Source: Camelus ferus (lineage: Eukaryota). From it: 64,000 bases of DNA. The stretch lies in NCBI RefSeq assembly GCF_009834535.1, contig NC_045697.1:87484001-87548000 (forward strand). The letters are read 5' to 3'. The position numbers and the translations under genes were made by a program. Position 1 is the first letter of the stretch, and each line of letters starts with the position of its first letter. The notes beneath the pieces were generated by a model, which saw only the letters and a list, made by a program, of their open reading frames with translations, was not told the DNA's origin and ran no database searches. Below are positions 37,130 through 49,693 of the stretch, in pieces.

Positions 37130-38070
37130 GGGGGAAAATATTTGCCATTTGCATATCTGATAAAAGGCTAATATCCAGACTATAAAAAGAACTCTCAAAA
37201 CTCAATAAAAAGGAAACAGACCCTCCCAAAATGAACTATATTTCAGTCAACATTTCACCAAAGATGTGTGGATATCAAATAAACACATTAAAAGATGTTC
37301 ATCATTACTAGTCTCTAGGGGAATGCAATTAAAACCACTGTGAGATGTCACTACACACCTATTAAGATGGTGAAAATGAAAAGAAACTGACAATATCAAG
37401 TGTTGGTGAGGATGTGGAGAAACTGGAATTCATATACAGCTGGTGAGACTGTGACATGAACGAGCCACTCTGACAAATAGCCAGGAAGTTTCTTATAAAG
37501 TAAAGACGACACTTACCATATGACCCAGCAATCCTATTTCTAATTATTTATCCAAAAGAAATAAAAACTATGTTCATACAAAAACCTTACTGTGAATGCT
37601 TGTAGCTGCTGTATTTACAATTGCCCCAAACTAGAAACAACCCAGTGTCCCTCAGCTGGTGAATGGGTTAAAAAAACCAAAACAAACAAACAAATAAAAA
37701 CTGTGGTGTGTTCATGAGTGGAACACTCCTCGGCAATAAAAGGGAATGAATGGTCTCAGAAATAACTTGGAAGACTCTCAAATGCGTTGTGCTCAGTGAG
37801 AGAAGTGACACTCAAAAGGCTGCAAACTGTAAGATTTCGTTTATGGACGTGTGGAGCTTGTATACAGAAACAAAACGGTGGTCTCGGGCTGGGAATGAGA
37901 GGAGGGGTTGACTACACTCGGAACAGGGGAGTCTGGGGTGCAACGGAACTGCTTGATGCCTTGATTTTGGTAGTCATGTGACTGCAGGCATTCGTCCGGA
38001 ATCCCAGAACAATATGCTAAAATGAGTGAAGTTTACATGTGTAAGTTATACCTAAATTCAAAACTAAAAA
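37130..38070 (+). mobile_element. L1MB/L1MC-like ORF2 end and 3'UTR
   Basis: AAAATATTTGCC...ATATCTGATAAAAGGCTAATATCCAGA; CACTACACACCTATTAAGATGG; CTTACCATATGACCCAGCAATCC. Confidence 0.88.
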
Positions 38071-39689
38071 ATTACTTAAGTTCACCCGAGGACTGAGATA
38101 ACTACTAAGTACTGAGAATGAAGACGTAAGATCAGAAGAAGTAAGTTGAAAGGATGCAGCTACGTATAAGACAAGTTAGACCATGATTTTTTAAATTGAG
38201 GTGTAACAGAATGCTAGGGTAGCATACAGAAGACTGCAGTAAACGCTAACTGTGTCTGTGTGTGTGCGTGCTCCTGTGTGAGGATGGGAGGTTTGTAAGC
38301 CGGGCGGGACTCACGGAGGAAGCGACATCTGATGAGTGGGAAACTAAAGTTCCCGGATAAGATTAGTTGGGTGAGGGAGAAGGAGCAGGTACAGCCAAAT
38401 CACAGTGACTAATGTAAACAGAGTAAACGAGGAATGAGCCAAAAAATATAGGGGAAAGGCAAGTGTGAGTTTTTAATAAAGAAACCAGTTAAATTTTTTT
38501 TATCCAAAGGAGAAGAAAAGCAAACATTATTGGAAACGTGCAAGCTGGGTTTTTTTGTTAGCTGCAGCTGCTAACCATACAGGCTTCCTGGCAGAGAGCA
38601 GGTTATCCATCCTGTGACTATGAGGACACACCCTCAGTGAGCCCCCAGGCAAAGAGATAATAATAGTATGCGCCCTGGCAGCCTCCACTCTGGAAGAGTT
38701 TATGAGGAGGAAGTCCGCAATTACATATTTCTGGGCAAACACTAACCAAGATTGAAACCCAGATTTGAAGAAAAATAACAGGCTGGAATCTTCAGACATA
38801 TTCTGTAGCTGTTCTGTGGATTGAAAACAGTAGTCAGACACTGCTGACGCTTAAAGCCAAAGGAACATACTGGGAAGATAGTACCTATAACTTGGTAAGA
38901 AACCTTTATCCCACCTGCCCACAGCGTGCATTGTGTAACACATAGAGCATTGTCCACATCTGAATGGCAAGAAACTCTTTACATTCATCACAACAAAGCC
39001 AAAGCCGCAACATAGGAGCTATTGTTCACCTCCTAGCGATGACCGAATCTATTTATCCATGTGGTTTAAGAGCTCACCACCGAGCAGTGAGAGGCCTCCT
39101 CTTGGCAACATCCCCAAGAGCATCTCAATCACTGTTACCACCATCGGAACAATTTGGGTCCCGCCCTGTGGTTTTGTAATTTCCATTTTTGAAACTCCTT
39201 AGACTGAGCCCTGATGTGCCCAGTCTAGGTTGGGCACACTTAAAATGAAACTGTGAAGCTAAAATTAACTTGACATCAAGATGGTGCATGTTCATTTTCC
39301 TCATATTTATAGCTGACCACAGTCATTATACAGAAGGCATCTAGTCTTTACCGTGCACTCTAGGGAACAGGAGGGGCAGTGACAGTAACCAAAAAAAGAA
39401 CTAACAGCTTTTCCAAAGGCAGATGGTCATAACTACTGCCTCATGGTGCTTGCATCTTAGTGAGGTCAGCCGTGGCGGGGAGGACTTTTCATGACATGGT
39501 GTTTACTCTTTGGTTCTTCTGCAATTAATCAAGACTGATAGGACCTTTTCTTAAAGTTTTGCTTGGAAGTCCAGAATTCAACTTACATCACCACAAAGGA
39601 AGCGAATGGAACAAAACTTCCTCTTCAGAGTTTCTTCAACTTATCTCCTGACCTATCTAAGAGGTGAAGGTAAATTAACCCAATGTGAT

Positions 39690-39835
39690 GTAGAGCAAAG
39701 CGTTTTTGATTAGAGACAGAAGATCTGAATTTTAGTTCACTTTCTATCTCTGGCCAGTTGTGTGGTTTGGGCCTCAATTTCATCTGATAAATTCCGAGGG
39801 TTGAACAAAGATTCTTCCAGTTCAGAATTCTATTT
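39690..39835 (+). mobile_element. MIR3-like fragment
   Basis: GATGTAGAGCAAAGCG...CAGAAGATCTGAATTTAG...GGGCCTCAATTTCATCTG...CTTCCAGTTCAGAATTCTAT. Confidence 0.7.
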
Positions 39836-40602
39836 CCTAACTCTCCTGAGAGAGAGGAAAAAAAGCTAATGTTTGTCATTCTTATTGGATGTCAACTGCA
39901 GAGGAAGGAAGAAAACCTTCCATTCACCCCATAAAATCAATATTTACATGTTTTTCAATTCCAGAATATTATATGGAAAATTCCTACATCTCAGGGATAA
40001 GATTTCTTGTGACACAATGTGCATGATCCTTGACCTTGTCTAACATTTGACTCTGGAATTCTAAGCAGTATGTTTTGGCTTTTTTGTGTTATTCTGGTTT
40101 CGCTATCTGCTCCCGTTCATTTGACTGGCACATGTTAGTTAAGGCAGAGGTGCAGGCCTCTTTGATCACAGGCTGTACTGTATATCCTATCCTTTGATTT
40201 TACTAGTTCAGTTTTTAAAATAACAGCCTTCAGGTATGCTTAATGGGTTATGTCCAGCATCCCATCTAAAATGAGAGTAAAAGTTTACTTACAATCCCTG
40301 CTGTTTACTTCCAATACATCGTAAGAATCTTTTACCATTGTCTTTCCCTGAATATTCTATATATTGTTACTAAGGAAGAAAAATCTAAGGCAACATACAT
40401 CCCTGTTCTTGTGTGAATAATCCCAGATATGGAGAGGAGGCAAATACGGAGATCGGGGCCTCAGACACGAGGAGGCTGGAGATAAGACTAATGGGTTTAC
40501 AAGAAGACACCAAATTCTAAACAACATTTTTATGTTGTTATACATAAAAACACCTTGTGACAATTACCACTTATCTAATGACTCCTAAGGGATTTTTAAG
40601 GT

Positions 40603-40821
40603 CAAGTGTTGTGGTACTTTTTCTGTTAAAGAGCCAGATAGTAAATATCTTAATGCCTTGTGGGCCATGGGATTTCTGTCCCAGCTCCTCATCTCAGCCT
40701 TGGTAGCATGAAAGCAACCATAAATGATACGTGACTGAATGGGTGTGCTGTGTTCTGATAAAACTGTATTTACACAGGCAGGCAGTGGGCTAGATTTGGA
40801 GTCATAGTTTTCTGAACCCTG
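40603..40821. mobile_element. MER58A hAT MITE
   Basis: ACTTTTTCTGTTAAAGAGCCAGATAGTAAATAT...GAATGGGTGTGCTGTGTTCTGATAAAACTGTATTTAC...ACCCTG. Confidence 0.85.
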
Positions 40822-41384
40822 GTCTAAATTTTGGGGATCATTTACATCATTATCATCATCAATAACAAACATTTATTGCACATCTACTATGCAACTTATG
40901 GTACAGTCGGGGCCTGTGTTGAAGTTAAGAAGAGAAGGAAGCTTGAGCATCTGTGGCCCGAAACTCAGTATCAACTCACCCATTGGAAAGAGACCAGTTT
41001 TTAAAAGAGAAAACTAATAATATATAGCAATGAAGATCAGAACAGATTCTCTGACTCTGCAGGTGTACCTTTATTTGTAGCTAAAATTGAAAAAAATGTC
41101 TACAGGGATTGGTATTTTAAAAATTACTATGTACATTTTCTTTCTGTATTACTCTATGTCCCCCAGAATTGTGAAATTAAAATCAAACTCCTGGTCACTT
41201 CTGGGTATTCAGGTGCTCTTTTGGAGACGTCCAGTTGGTCCTGTAGAATGTTTTAGTGATTTCGAGACGTCAAGTGACAAACATGTTCTAAGCTAAGCCG
41301 TGGCTCTTCCTGACGGTTCTTGTGTGTTGAAAGGAGCAAATGTTTGTGAAAACAAGGGTATATATGTTAACCTTTTTCCCTTAG

Positions 41385-41414
41385 CATCACAGGGTTGACC
41401 CAACCCAAGATAAG
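41385..41414 (+). other. Candidate 30-nt micro-exon
   Basis: GTTAACCTTTTTCCCTTAG|CATCACAGGGTTGACCCAACCCAAGATAAG|GTAAGA: branch-like TTAAC, pyrimidine tract, AG, near-consensus donor. Confidence 0.45.
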
Positions 41415-43005
41415 GTAAGACTCATTTTATCAGATCCATTTTCCCTGTTTCTACTTTCAAGCGTGAACATCCAGTTTTCCCTGGTGATGACAGATGAAAT
41501 AAAAGTCTCATTGTTTTAGGCAATTCAGGAGATGGGTGCACCTGTAGTCCTAGTATAACTGCTTATTTTTTTGTTTGTTTTTGACTCCAATTGTCCTTCA
41601 TAATAGAAGTCTAAACACGAATACGATTATTTTAAGACATTTTAGCTGCTGCTGAGGCTCTAATTTTAGGAGTAATAGACCCTACACATAAGATTCTAGG
41701 GGTGCTGAAAGAACCTATTGTGTAATACTGTCTTTTTTCTTTAGTGTTTGCAAACTCACTATTTCAGCTTTGGACATCTTGAAATATGTGTATTTTATAT
41801 GATAGAGGGGTACTTTGGGCCATTAACGTCTCATCGCAAATTTGCTTGTATCACAGCATACAGGGCTAGAATCCTAAGAGAATGAAGCCCCGGACAGATA
41901 CTTTTAAAAAGGAGATTGGTGATTTGTTCTCTCTTTTACTATGTCATTTTCTTACTCCAGTTCAGTAACACCAAAATTAGAATCCTTTTCTGAAATCTGC
42001 AGTAAATTCAACATATGATCTCTGGAACATGCTGATCAATTAAAAAATAAATCAATCATAAACTTTTTTTTCAGATTTTGTATTTAGCACGCATAATCTT
42101 GATGCTGAACAAACTCCCGTAATGAGAATAGCTGACTTTATTTCACCCACTGGATAAAAACTCTTTTCTGTTGGTCAGTCAGAATATATCAAGACGTAGA
42201 AATGATTGGAAAGGTCATATACATTTTGTTTGACCTCTCGATGTGTTGCATTTAACGACAGAACAATTTTATAGTCAGAGACCATGTCAGTAGTTTCTAG
42301 GTCTGATTCACTATTTTTTTTTTTTTCCTCAGTTCTTAAGCTTTTCTGTACTGAGGAAATTGGTGTGACAACTGAGAGGAAGAAATTGAGATTGTTTTAA
42401 TGGAAAACCTTGGGACATGTGTAAATTGATATGTTCTCGGGGGAGAATTAATACCCTCGACGAAGAGTCTTTGCCAGACCCCATTAGCTTCCCCTAAAAG
42501 TCAAGAGAATGCCCTCTAGTCAACACTGAGAAAGCTCCACCAGGCAGAAGGGTGATTCTCCAGAAGGAAAGAGCCTGAGAATGTGCTTCATGGCAATTCT
42601 GCAAGAGAGTCCATTACAGATTCTGGGTGAGAGACTCTGGGAGGTATCACCAAGTCTGTAGGAAGCATTTTTTTTTCTTTTTAATTTCAGAAAATCTTTA
42701 GAACAGAGTGGTATGGATAAAGATTCTCAAAGAAAACGATTCACAGATACTTTTCTGTTGTCAAGGAGGGCTCTCCTTGGAGCCAAGGTGGGAAACTGCC
42801 AATATACTGTGAACATCATTAGGAAATGCAGGCAGAGCAAAGTGGTTTCGTGGCAACTGTGTTGAGGATTCTGGGAATGTTTGGCCTCAGCAGGAAAGAG
42901 CCGCTGGATGAATTAGTGATGTCTGCTATAGGTGCGTGAGGAGGAAGTAAGTGTGCATGTGATAAATCTGCTTAAGGTACATTCTTGTGGCAAGTTTTTT
43001 GATCT

Positions 43006-43561
43006 TGTAGAAGAAGAAAAAAACTTAAGTTTAATGAATGGAGCCTGTGAATTAAACTGACAGCAGACAGGTTAACAGGAGAAAAGATCCATTTTTCATG
43101 CACAAGGGAGCTTCACAGAAAAGAAGTGAAAACCCAAAGATGTGGTTAGGTTTGAGAGCCTCAGTGTCATTTAACAAAGGGCAATTAATTGTGGAGAAGT
43201 AATAAGGCAAAGGAAAAGGGATTAGGGCTTCTAGGGGTGGTAAATTGTAAGAAGGTAAGTATATGGGGAAATTAACAGAAGATTAGGGTTATTTTAGTAA
43301 GTTTTGTCATGCAGACGCAGGGTGCTATCTCCAGTGATAAAAGCCCCCTGGTAACTGAGTCATTCTCCTCTTCCTGGTCTAGGGGGTGTGAGGAAGGAAG
43401 GAGGACACTTTCACAAAGGCAAATTTGTGCTCTGCTTTTAGGAGGTGAAGGGGAGGGCAGAGTTCCTCCTTGTCTGTTGTTTCTTAATTGTGTTCAGCTC
43501 AAAATAATCCTTTTGCCAAGGTGGGAGATTGTTGTGGGGTGGCAAATTCTGATCCTCTTCA
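43006..43561 (-). mobile_element. Solo ERV1 LTR, MER34-like
   Basis: Reverse complement starts TGAAGAGGATCAGAATTTGCCACCCC...GGATTATTTTGAGCTGAA; TSD ATCT/GTCT; same family as 1-170. Confidence 0.85.
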
Positions 43562-44439
43562 GTCTAATTTTTTAATCTGAAATAAAGATGTTTCCTTAAG
43601 AACTATTTTGAGAATGGAATGAGATGGTGTCTCTGAAAATATTTTGAGAGCTGTAAAGCATTCTACAAATATAAGTGTTTATTCCTGTATTTTAGGTTGC
43701 ATTTTTCCCCTCAAATGAAATCTCAGTTTCTTATAAATTCACAATGAAATTGATCCAACTGAAGAAGGTGGAATGGAGATAAGAAAAAAGTCCTTACTTA
43801 TCTTTCCAAAAATGCACCCATTCTTGTACTGTCAATACACAGCCGAGGAAGACAGGAATGGAACTCATTTTCTGCAAACATCCCTTGAGTCCTTTACTTC
43901 CCATCTGAATTTAATTCTAAAAAAAGAGACCCTGATAGATTCCTGCCTTCAGGTATAATTACCTCAAAATTGACTGACATTTAAAGCACACACAACACTT
44001 TTTAGCTTTAATTAGAGAAAATTGGTGGAATTTATTTGACCGGTTGTTTTGGGGATGGTTGGAGGCTGAGAATTTACTTAGCATTTCATTTCCTGCTGAT
44101 GCTAAGATTTAGCCCCTATCAGAGAGTTCCATACTTAGGATAAAATCACTTCAGAAATGTAGCCCAATGATTGTTTCTACCATGAAGTAATCAGCCCAGT
44201 CAGTAAGAGAAGCTCTGGGAAAAAAAAAAAGAATGCCATTGACAATAGTGAAAACCAAAAATCCACAGAAATTTTATTTAAACAATCTCGAAGGTTGTCT
44301 TGATTTAAGAATGTAAAAATTCTTTTGCTTTGCTATGACATGTTTCGACATTGTTAATATGAACACCAAAAAGAAATGCAATATGAAAGAAGTGTTCTAG
44401 ACCAACTCCAAAAAGTATGAATAAAAACATATTCATTCA

Positions 44440-45435
44440 TCTGAGTGTCTCTTAGGATTGCTTTAAGTTTCTCCATATTTGTGGCTATTTCTTCTTCTTT
44501 CTAATTTTGTTAACTGTCTTTTTTTCTGGGTTAGGCCAGCTAATAGTTTGTTATTTTCTTAGTTATTTCAAGGAATCAGTTCTTGGATTTATTTATCACA
44601 AATACTCTTATTTTTTGGTATTGTAATATTGGCCAATTTAACTTTTCTGATTCATTTTTTCCTTCCTTTTTACACTTCCTTAATTTTATTTTTTTGGTTC
44701 TTTTTCTAATGTGTTGACATGAATGTTTAATTTATTTTTATTCTTTCGTATTTAACAATGTGTTTGCGTTTGTGAATTAAGCTATAAGGGTTTTGGGTTG
44801 TTAGATATTTTTTAATATGTGATGTATCTCATTATTATTCTGTAGATATTTTGAAATTTTAGTTTTGCTATTTTCTTTGACCCAGGTGTTGATTCAAAGT
44901 CAAGTTCTTGCTTTTTGTGAGATTAGTTTTCTGTTTCCTGTCCTCCTCTTCTTTTTCTCCTCTTCCTCCTCTTTATTTATGGTTTAATATCGCTGGAGGA
45001 CACAGTCAGCTAATGTGTTCTGTGCTATTTCTAGTTTTCTTTTTGGTTTGATTTACAGTCAGAATTTTATAAATGTCCCATAAATTTTTGTAAGGCAGGT
45101 GTACTTTAAAAAAAAAATTAGGATAGCAAGTTCTACATATCTATTATGTTCATGTTCATCAATTATGTAATTGACATCCAACATTCTTGATTATTTTTGT
45201 CTAATTGATCTTCTGTGGACTCAGATTGTGATTTAAAGTTCCCTAATCTTATATTTTAGTCTCTTCTTCTTTGCATTTCTTGTGGTTTACGTATTATGAA
45301 TTTAATGTAATTATTTTGTGCATCGCAACTGCTATAATCTCATTGTAGATTTTATTCTTTGTTGTAAAGTTTCCTCTTTGTTTTACTTAATGTGCTTGCT
45401 TGAATTTAATCTTACCTAATATTAATACTCTGACC
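44440..45435 (-). mobile_element. Ancient L1M fragment
   Basis: T-rich antisense L1: GGCCAGCTAATAGTTTG...TCAAGGAATCAGTTCTTGGATTTATT; TTTCTTTGACCCA; TTTTATAAATGTCCCAT. Confidence 0.7.
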
Positions 45436-45825
45436 AATATTTATGATTGTATTACAAATGTAATAATTATGAATCAGATGAACAAAGAAAACTATAGCTC
45501 CTTTGTTTTTTACATCTGAGCTAATTTTCCTCATAAGCCATTTACCCTACTAGTAAAAGAAGACAGCAGGGACTTTGCTAATTAATGGTATCCCAGCCTT
45601 CTTGGGTTACTCATGCTCTTTTGGGTAAATGCTCAGGTTTTTTTGGATGCCTCTCTCCTCTCCCTGCATCTCCGTGAGGTGGCATTTTGGTGTAAGAGGC
45701 TATTTTACATAAGGTGGCAGGATCTGTCACCATTCTCTGGCTCTTTATTAGTCTGTGTTGCAAAGTCCCGTTTAGGTGTGCTGGCATTGTGTTGAGAAAT
45801 ATTCACATTTTGTGGCCTCTATTTT

Positions 45826-45907
45826 TTTTTTTTTAATTTAATGGAGGTACTGGGGATTGAACCCAGGACCCCATGGATGCAAAGCCAATGCTCTACCACT
45901 GCACTAT
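45826..45907 (-). mobile_element. Short Vic-type tRNA-derived SINE
   Basis: T tail + ATGGAGGTACTGGGGATTGAACCCAGGACC...GCTCTACCACTGCACTA; TSD TGGCCTCTATTTT (45813) / TGGCCTCTACTTT (45908). Confidence 0.85.
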
Positions 45908-46399
45908 TGGCCTCTACTTTTCCTAATGCTGCATCTCTGTTGTTCCATCAGCCTGTCTGTCTCTTCTTAGCCCCCTCCTAGGTCACACAGGAACTTCTGA
46001 GTCTTTGCAAGCTATACCCAGACTTCAAGGAGCTACCACCATCCCAGGTTTGTGGGCCCAGTTCCCCAACCTCCCACCAAATCGATCCATCTTGCCAGTT
46101 TTCCCATGTCATGTTGGCCTGGCACTAAGCAGTGAGGAAGGGTTTCCTAGAGGCCTGCAGCCTTCTGTAGGTCATGGCAGGGGAAGAGGCTCTCGCCTTG
46201 ATGTTTGCAACATCTTTTGTACTTACTAGAATGCTTTTGTAGCCTTATCCCTTTTTATGTTCATTTTAGAATTTTTGACTTCTCTGAGTTGCTTTGTGTT
46301 TTAAGCCAGAGATAAATCCAAGGCACAGTTAAAAAAAAGTACAGTGTAATCTGAACATCTTTTTCCTTTAATAGGTATATTTACCTCAGTGACCTATAT

Positions 46400-47080
46400 T
46401 GTTGAACCATCAGCACATCCTGTTGATTTTATCTTCAGAACCTATCCTAACTCCATCTCTGTTCTGTCTCCACCACTACCATCCTAATATAAGCTACCTT
46501 CCTTTTTTGTTTGTTTTGTTTGGGTCTGGAGCAAGAGCCTCCAAATTTATCTTCCTGATTCTAATCTACATAGCAGCCAGAGTGATTATTAAAAAATGTG
46601 AATGAGATCATGTGAGTCTGCAAGACTCAACAAAGACATCTCTTCAGCCTTGAAATGAAATTCAGATTCTCTTCCGGATTCTACATGGGCCCTCTTCTCT
46701 AGCCAGTGCCCACCTCTGTAGCATCATGTCCTACTCTTTCTTCCTTGCTGACTGCCTGCCAGCCAAATCCACTGACATTCTTCTGCTCTGGAACTAGACA
46801 AGCTCCTTCCTGCCTGAGGCTCTAGGGGTAGTTTTCCGTGTCTCTTCCTCAGTGACTTCTTAAGTCTGGCTCCTTCCTGGTCTTGCTGTCAATTGTCACA
46901 TCCTTTGAGTGTCCTCTGACCGTCCAGTCCAAGTAGTCTTCCAACAGCATTTTACCACTCTCCCCTTTTTGCATTCTTCACAGCATATTTACTCCTTGAT
47001 TACCCTTAATGGATATATTTCTTTATTGGTCTCAAGCAGTGAGATGTAAGCTGCATGAGAGTAGGAACATGCCTGTCAGT
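46400..47080 (+). mobile_element. L2 3' region
   Basis: CATAGCAGCCAGAGTGAT...GATCATGT; AAGCTCCTTCCTGCCTGAGG; ATGTAAGCTGCATGAGAGTAGGAAC. Confidence 0.8.
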
Positions 47081-47171
47081 TGTCATCAAAAATAATAACA
47101 AAATAATACAGCGTCTACTATGATTCTTCAGTCTAGTCCTGTTCTGAGCCCTTTCCATGGATTAGGTCTTT

Positions 47172-47614
47172 TTTTAATTTTAATTTTTTAAATTGTAGTA
47201 TGGTCTGTTACAGTGTGTCAATTTCTGTTGTACAGCATAATGTTTCAGTCATACATATACATACATGTATTCATTTTCATATTCTTTTTCATTATAGGTT
47301 ACTACAAGATATATCGAATATAGTTCTCCGTGCTCTACAGAAGAAATTTGTTGTTTACCTATTTTATATATAGTAGTTAATATTTGCAAATCTTAAACTC
47401 CCAATTTATCCCTTCCTACCACCATTCCCCCCTCCTCTGTAACCATAAGTTTGTTTACTATGTCTGAGAGTCTGTTTCTGTTTTGTCGATAAGTTCATTA
47501 GTGTCTTCTTTTTTTGTTTTTTTTTTTTAAGATTCCACATGTGAACGATATCATGGTATTTTTCTTTCTCTTTCTGGCTTACTTCACTTAGAATGCAGCT
47601 CTCTGTGTCCATAC
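47172..47614 (-). mobile_element. 5'-truncated young L1 3' end inserted in a MIR (47090-47770)
   Basis: Antisense L1 3'UTR and ORF2 tail (ILSEVSQKEKEKYH); 18-bp TSD TCCATGGATTAGGTCTTT (47154-47171) / TCCACGGATTAGGTCTTT (47615-47632). Confidence 0.92.
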
Positions 47615-48479
47615 TCCACGGATTAGGTCTTTAATCATCATTACAATGTCGTGAGGGTGGTACTATTGTTATCCTCATTTTACAGTTGGAGGAAAGGCAG
47701 AGAATTTCAGTGACTTATCCAAGGTCACATGGCTATTAAATGAGAAAGCCAGGATTTGAATCTAGGCAAAGACACTACCCTGTTATGTACTAGTCATAGG
47801 AGTTAAAGATCCGAATCAAGAAGAGACAGTTCTCTTGAAAACTCAATAGTTGGAAAGAGAGGCAAGTGAAAGAAAAATCACAACAAAGCCTAAGTTTTAT
47901 ATTCCACGCATCAAAGGGGAGTTAGAAAGCGTATGACTGGGGCATCATATTTATGTTAAAAACTTTTTTGTGAAAATACATCAGAGAAGTCTGAAATACC
48001 TTCATTGCCTACTTGTTCGCCATCTACATTTGTTTTTGCAAGTATCTGGCATCGTTGCTGTAGCAACGTGGAGGTAGCAAGATGAAACATTTTCTAATAT
48101 AAAACATACTGAGAAGCAGAAATCTGTAAGACTGGACTCTTTTTCTGAAATGATTTTCATATTGGTTTCCTAGTCCTTTACCCCGGCTGAGAGAGAGATG
48201 TTTTTAAAGATGAAAGGTGATTTTAGGGGACTGGAAGAAGGTGAACCCATCCATTAGGAGAAAACCATTATCTGTCTGCTTTGAAGAAATCATTTTGAAA
48301 TAATGAGGCATAATTAATGTCAGTGTTTAGGATTACGTGAAAGTTTGCCAAGATGCCCTGTACAATTCTAATGGCCAGAAATGACAGTTTGATCACAGGT
48401 ATGCCAAGTAGCCATCCCATGCCTCACTGCATTTGGCAATAAAATGAGATGAACTGTAGGCATCAAGTAATAAATTAAA

Positions 48480-49170
48480 CCACGATTACCGCCAACAATG
48501 GCCAGCCCTCACTCAGTGCCGGGAGCTGGTCTAAGGGCCTTGCAGTCTATTTAATCCTCGCCGCAAACCTGGTGAGGTAGGTATGAGGCCCAGAGAGGTT
48601 AAGCCATTTCCCTAATATCACACAGCTACACAGTGTGAATCTGAACTCAAACATAGGGTTGTGTCAATAAAACAAGCAAATAAGAATCACCATGGAGTGG
48701 CTGCTGTTTGCCTGGTGCTGTGCTAGGCACTTCCGTGTGTTTAGCTCTGTGGAGGAAGTCTTGTGCTCAGATAACAGGTAAAGAAACAAAGACTCAGATA
48801 GGACTAGGGAATTCTCCCAAGGTTATGTAAAACCATGCCTGTCTGACTCCAAAGTCTATCCCAAGTAGTAATTCATTGAACTCTTTAAAGCAGAAGGTGG
48901 AGTACTGTTTCCCTCTCTGTAATTGCCTTCACCACCCCCTTCTTCTCTTCTGGTACTTTTCTCTCATTCTTTGTGCTTTTGTGGACCACAGCTCAACAAT
49001 GTGCTTAATATACAAACTGCTAACATTTTCTGAGCCCAGACTGGGTGCTGGCATTGTGCTAAAACATCATTTTCCATTTACCTCATTTAATCCTCCCAGC
49101 AACCAAGTATCACAGGTACTCTTATCAGCACCATTTATATACATGAGGCAGCTGGAGGTGAGAGAGATGC
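48480..49170 (-). mobile_element. Cluster of three MIR fragments
   Basis: ATTTAATCCTCG...GAGGCCCAGAGAGGTTAAG (48550-48605); TGTGCTAGGCACTT...GTCTGACTCCAAAG (48720-48855); CCTCATTTAATCCTCCCAGCAACC (49081). Confidence 0.7.
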
Positions 49171-49575
49171 TCTTGGCAGCTGAGTCTGGTGATAACAATT
49201 TTCCTGCGAGAAAATGACGCATTTTAAAGCCCCATTGCTTACCTTCCCCTGCAACGGGACTAAACAAGCCAGATTCAGAATTCCTTTTGTTTTTGAACGT
49301 TAAAAAACATGCAATCGTATTTAAAGTTGTTTTTTGTTTGTTTGTTTGTTTTTGTTTTTTGGAAGCAGGGTGGTTTGGACTTGTCTTGTTTGTGGCAGAT
49401 TTCTTGAAAAGTTCTGTTGGGCTAATCTGGTTAATTCTGGCCGCTTCCTCTTCCCCTCGGTTCTCTGTGGCTCTCTGTTCTGTTCTTGGGATGGCCACCA
49501 TTGGCTTGTGTCTCCTGAAGGAACAAGTGCAGTGGGGGCAGGGTGTCGGGGCTCTGGGAACCTCATTTGCATATT

Positions 49576-49693
49576 CCTTGTTACAAAGGCGGACCACATC
49601 CTGGTTAAGACAATGTGCTGTCTGATAAACAGACTGCATCCCCCAGTGTCTGCCTGGAGCCCCGCCAGCATGTGGTCCGCCTTTGTCACAAGG
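49576..49693. repeat. Inverted repeat, 29-bp arms (27/29 complementary), 60-nt spacer
   Basis: CCTTGTTACAAAGGCGGACCACATCCTGG (49576-49604) vs CCAGCATGTGGTCCGCCTTTGTCACAAGG (49665-49693). Confidence 0.92.
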
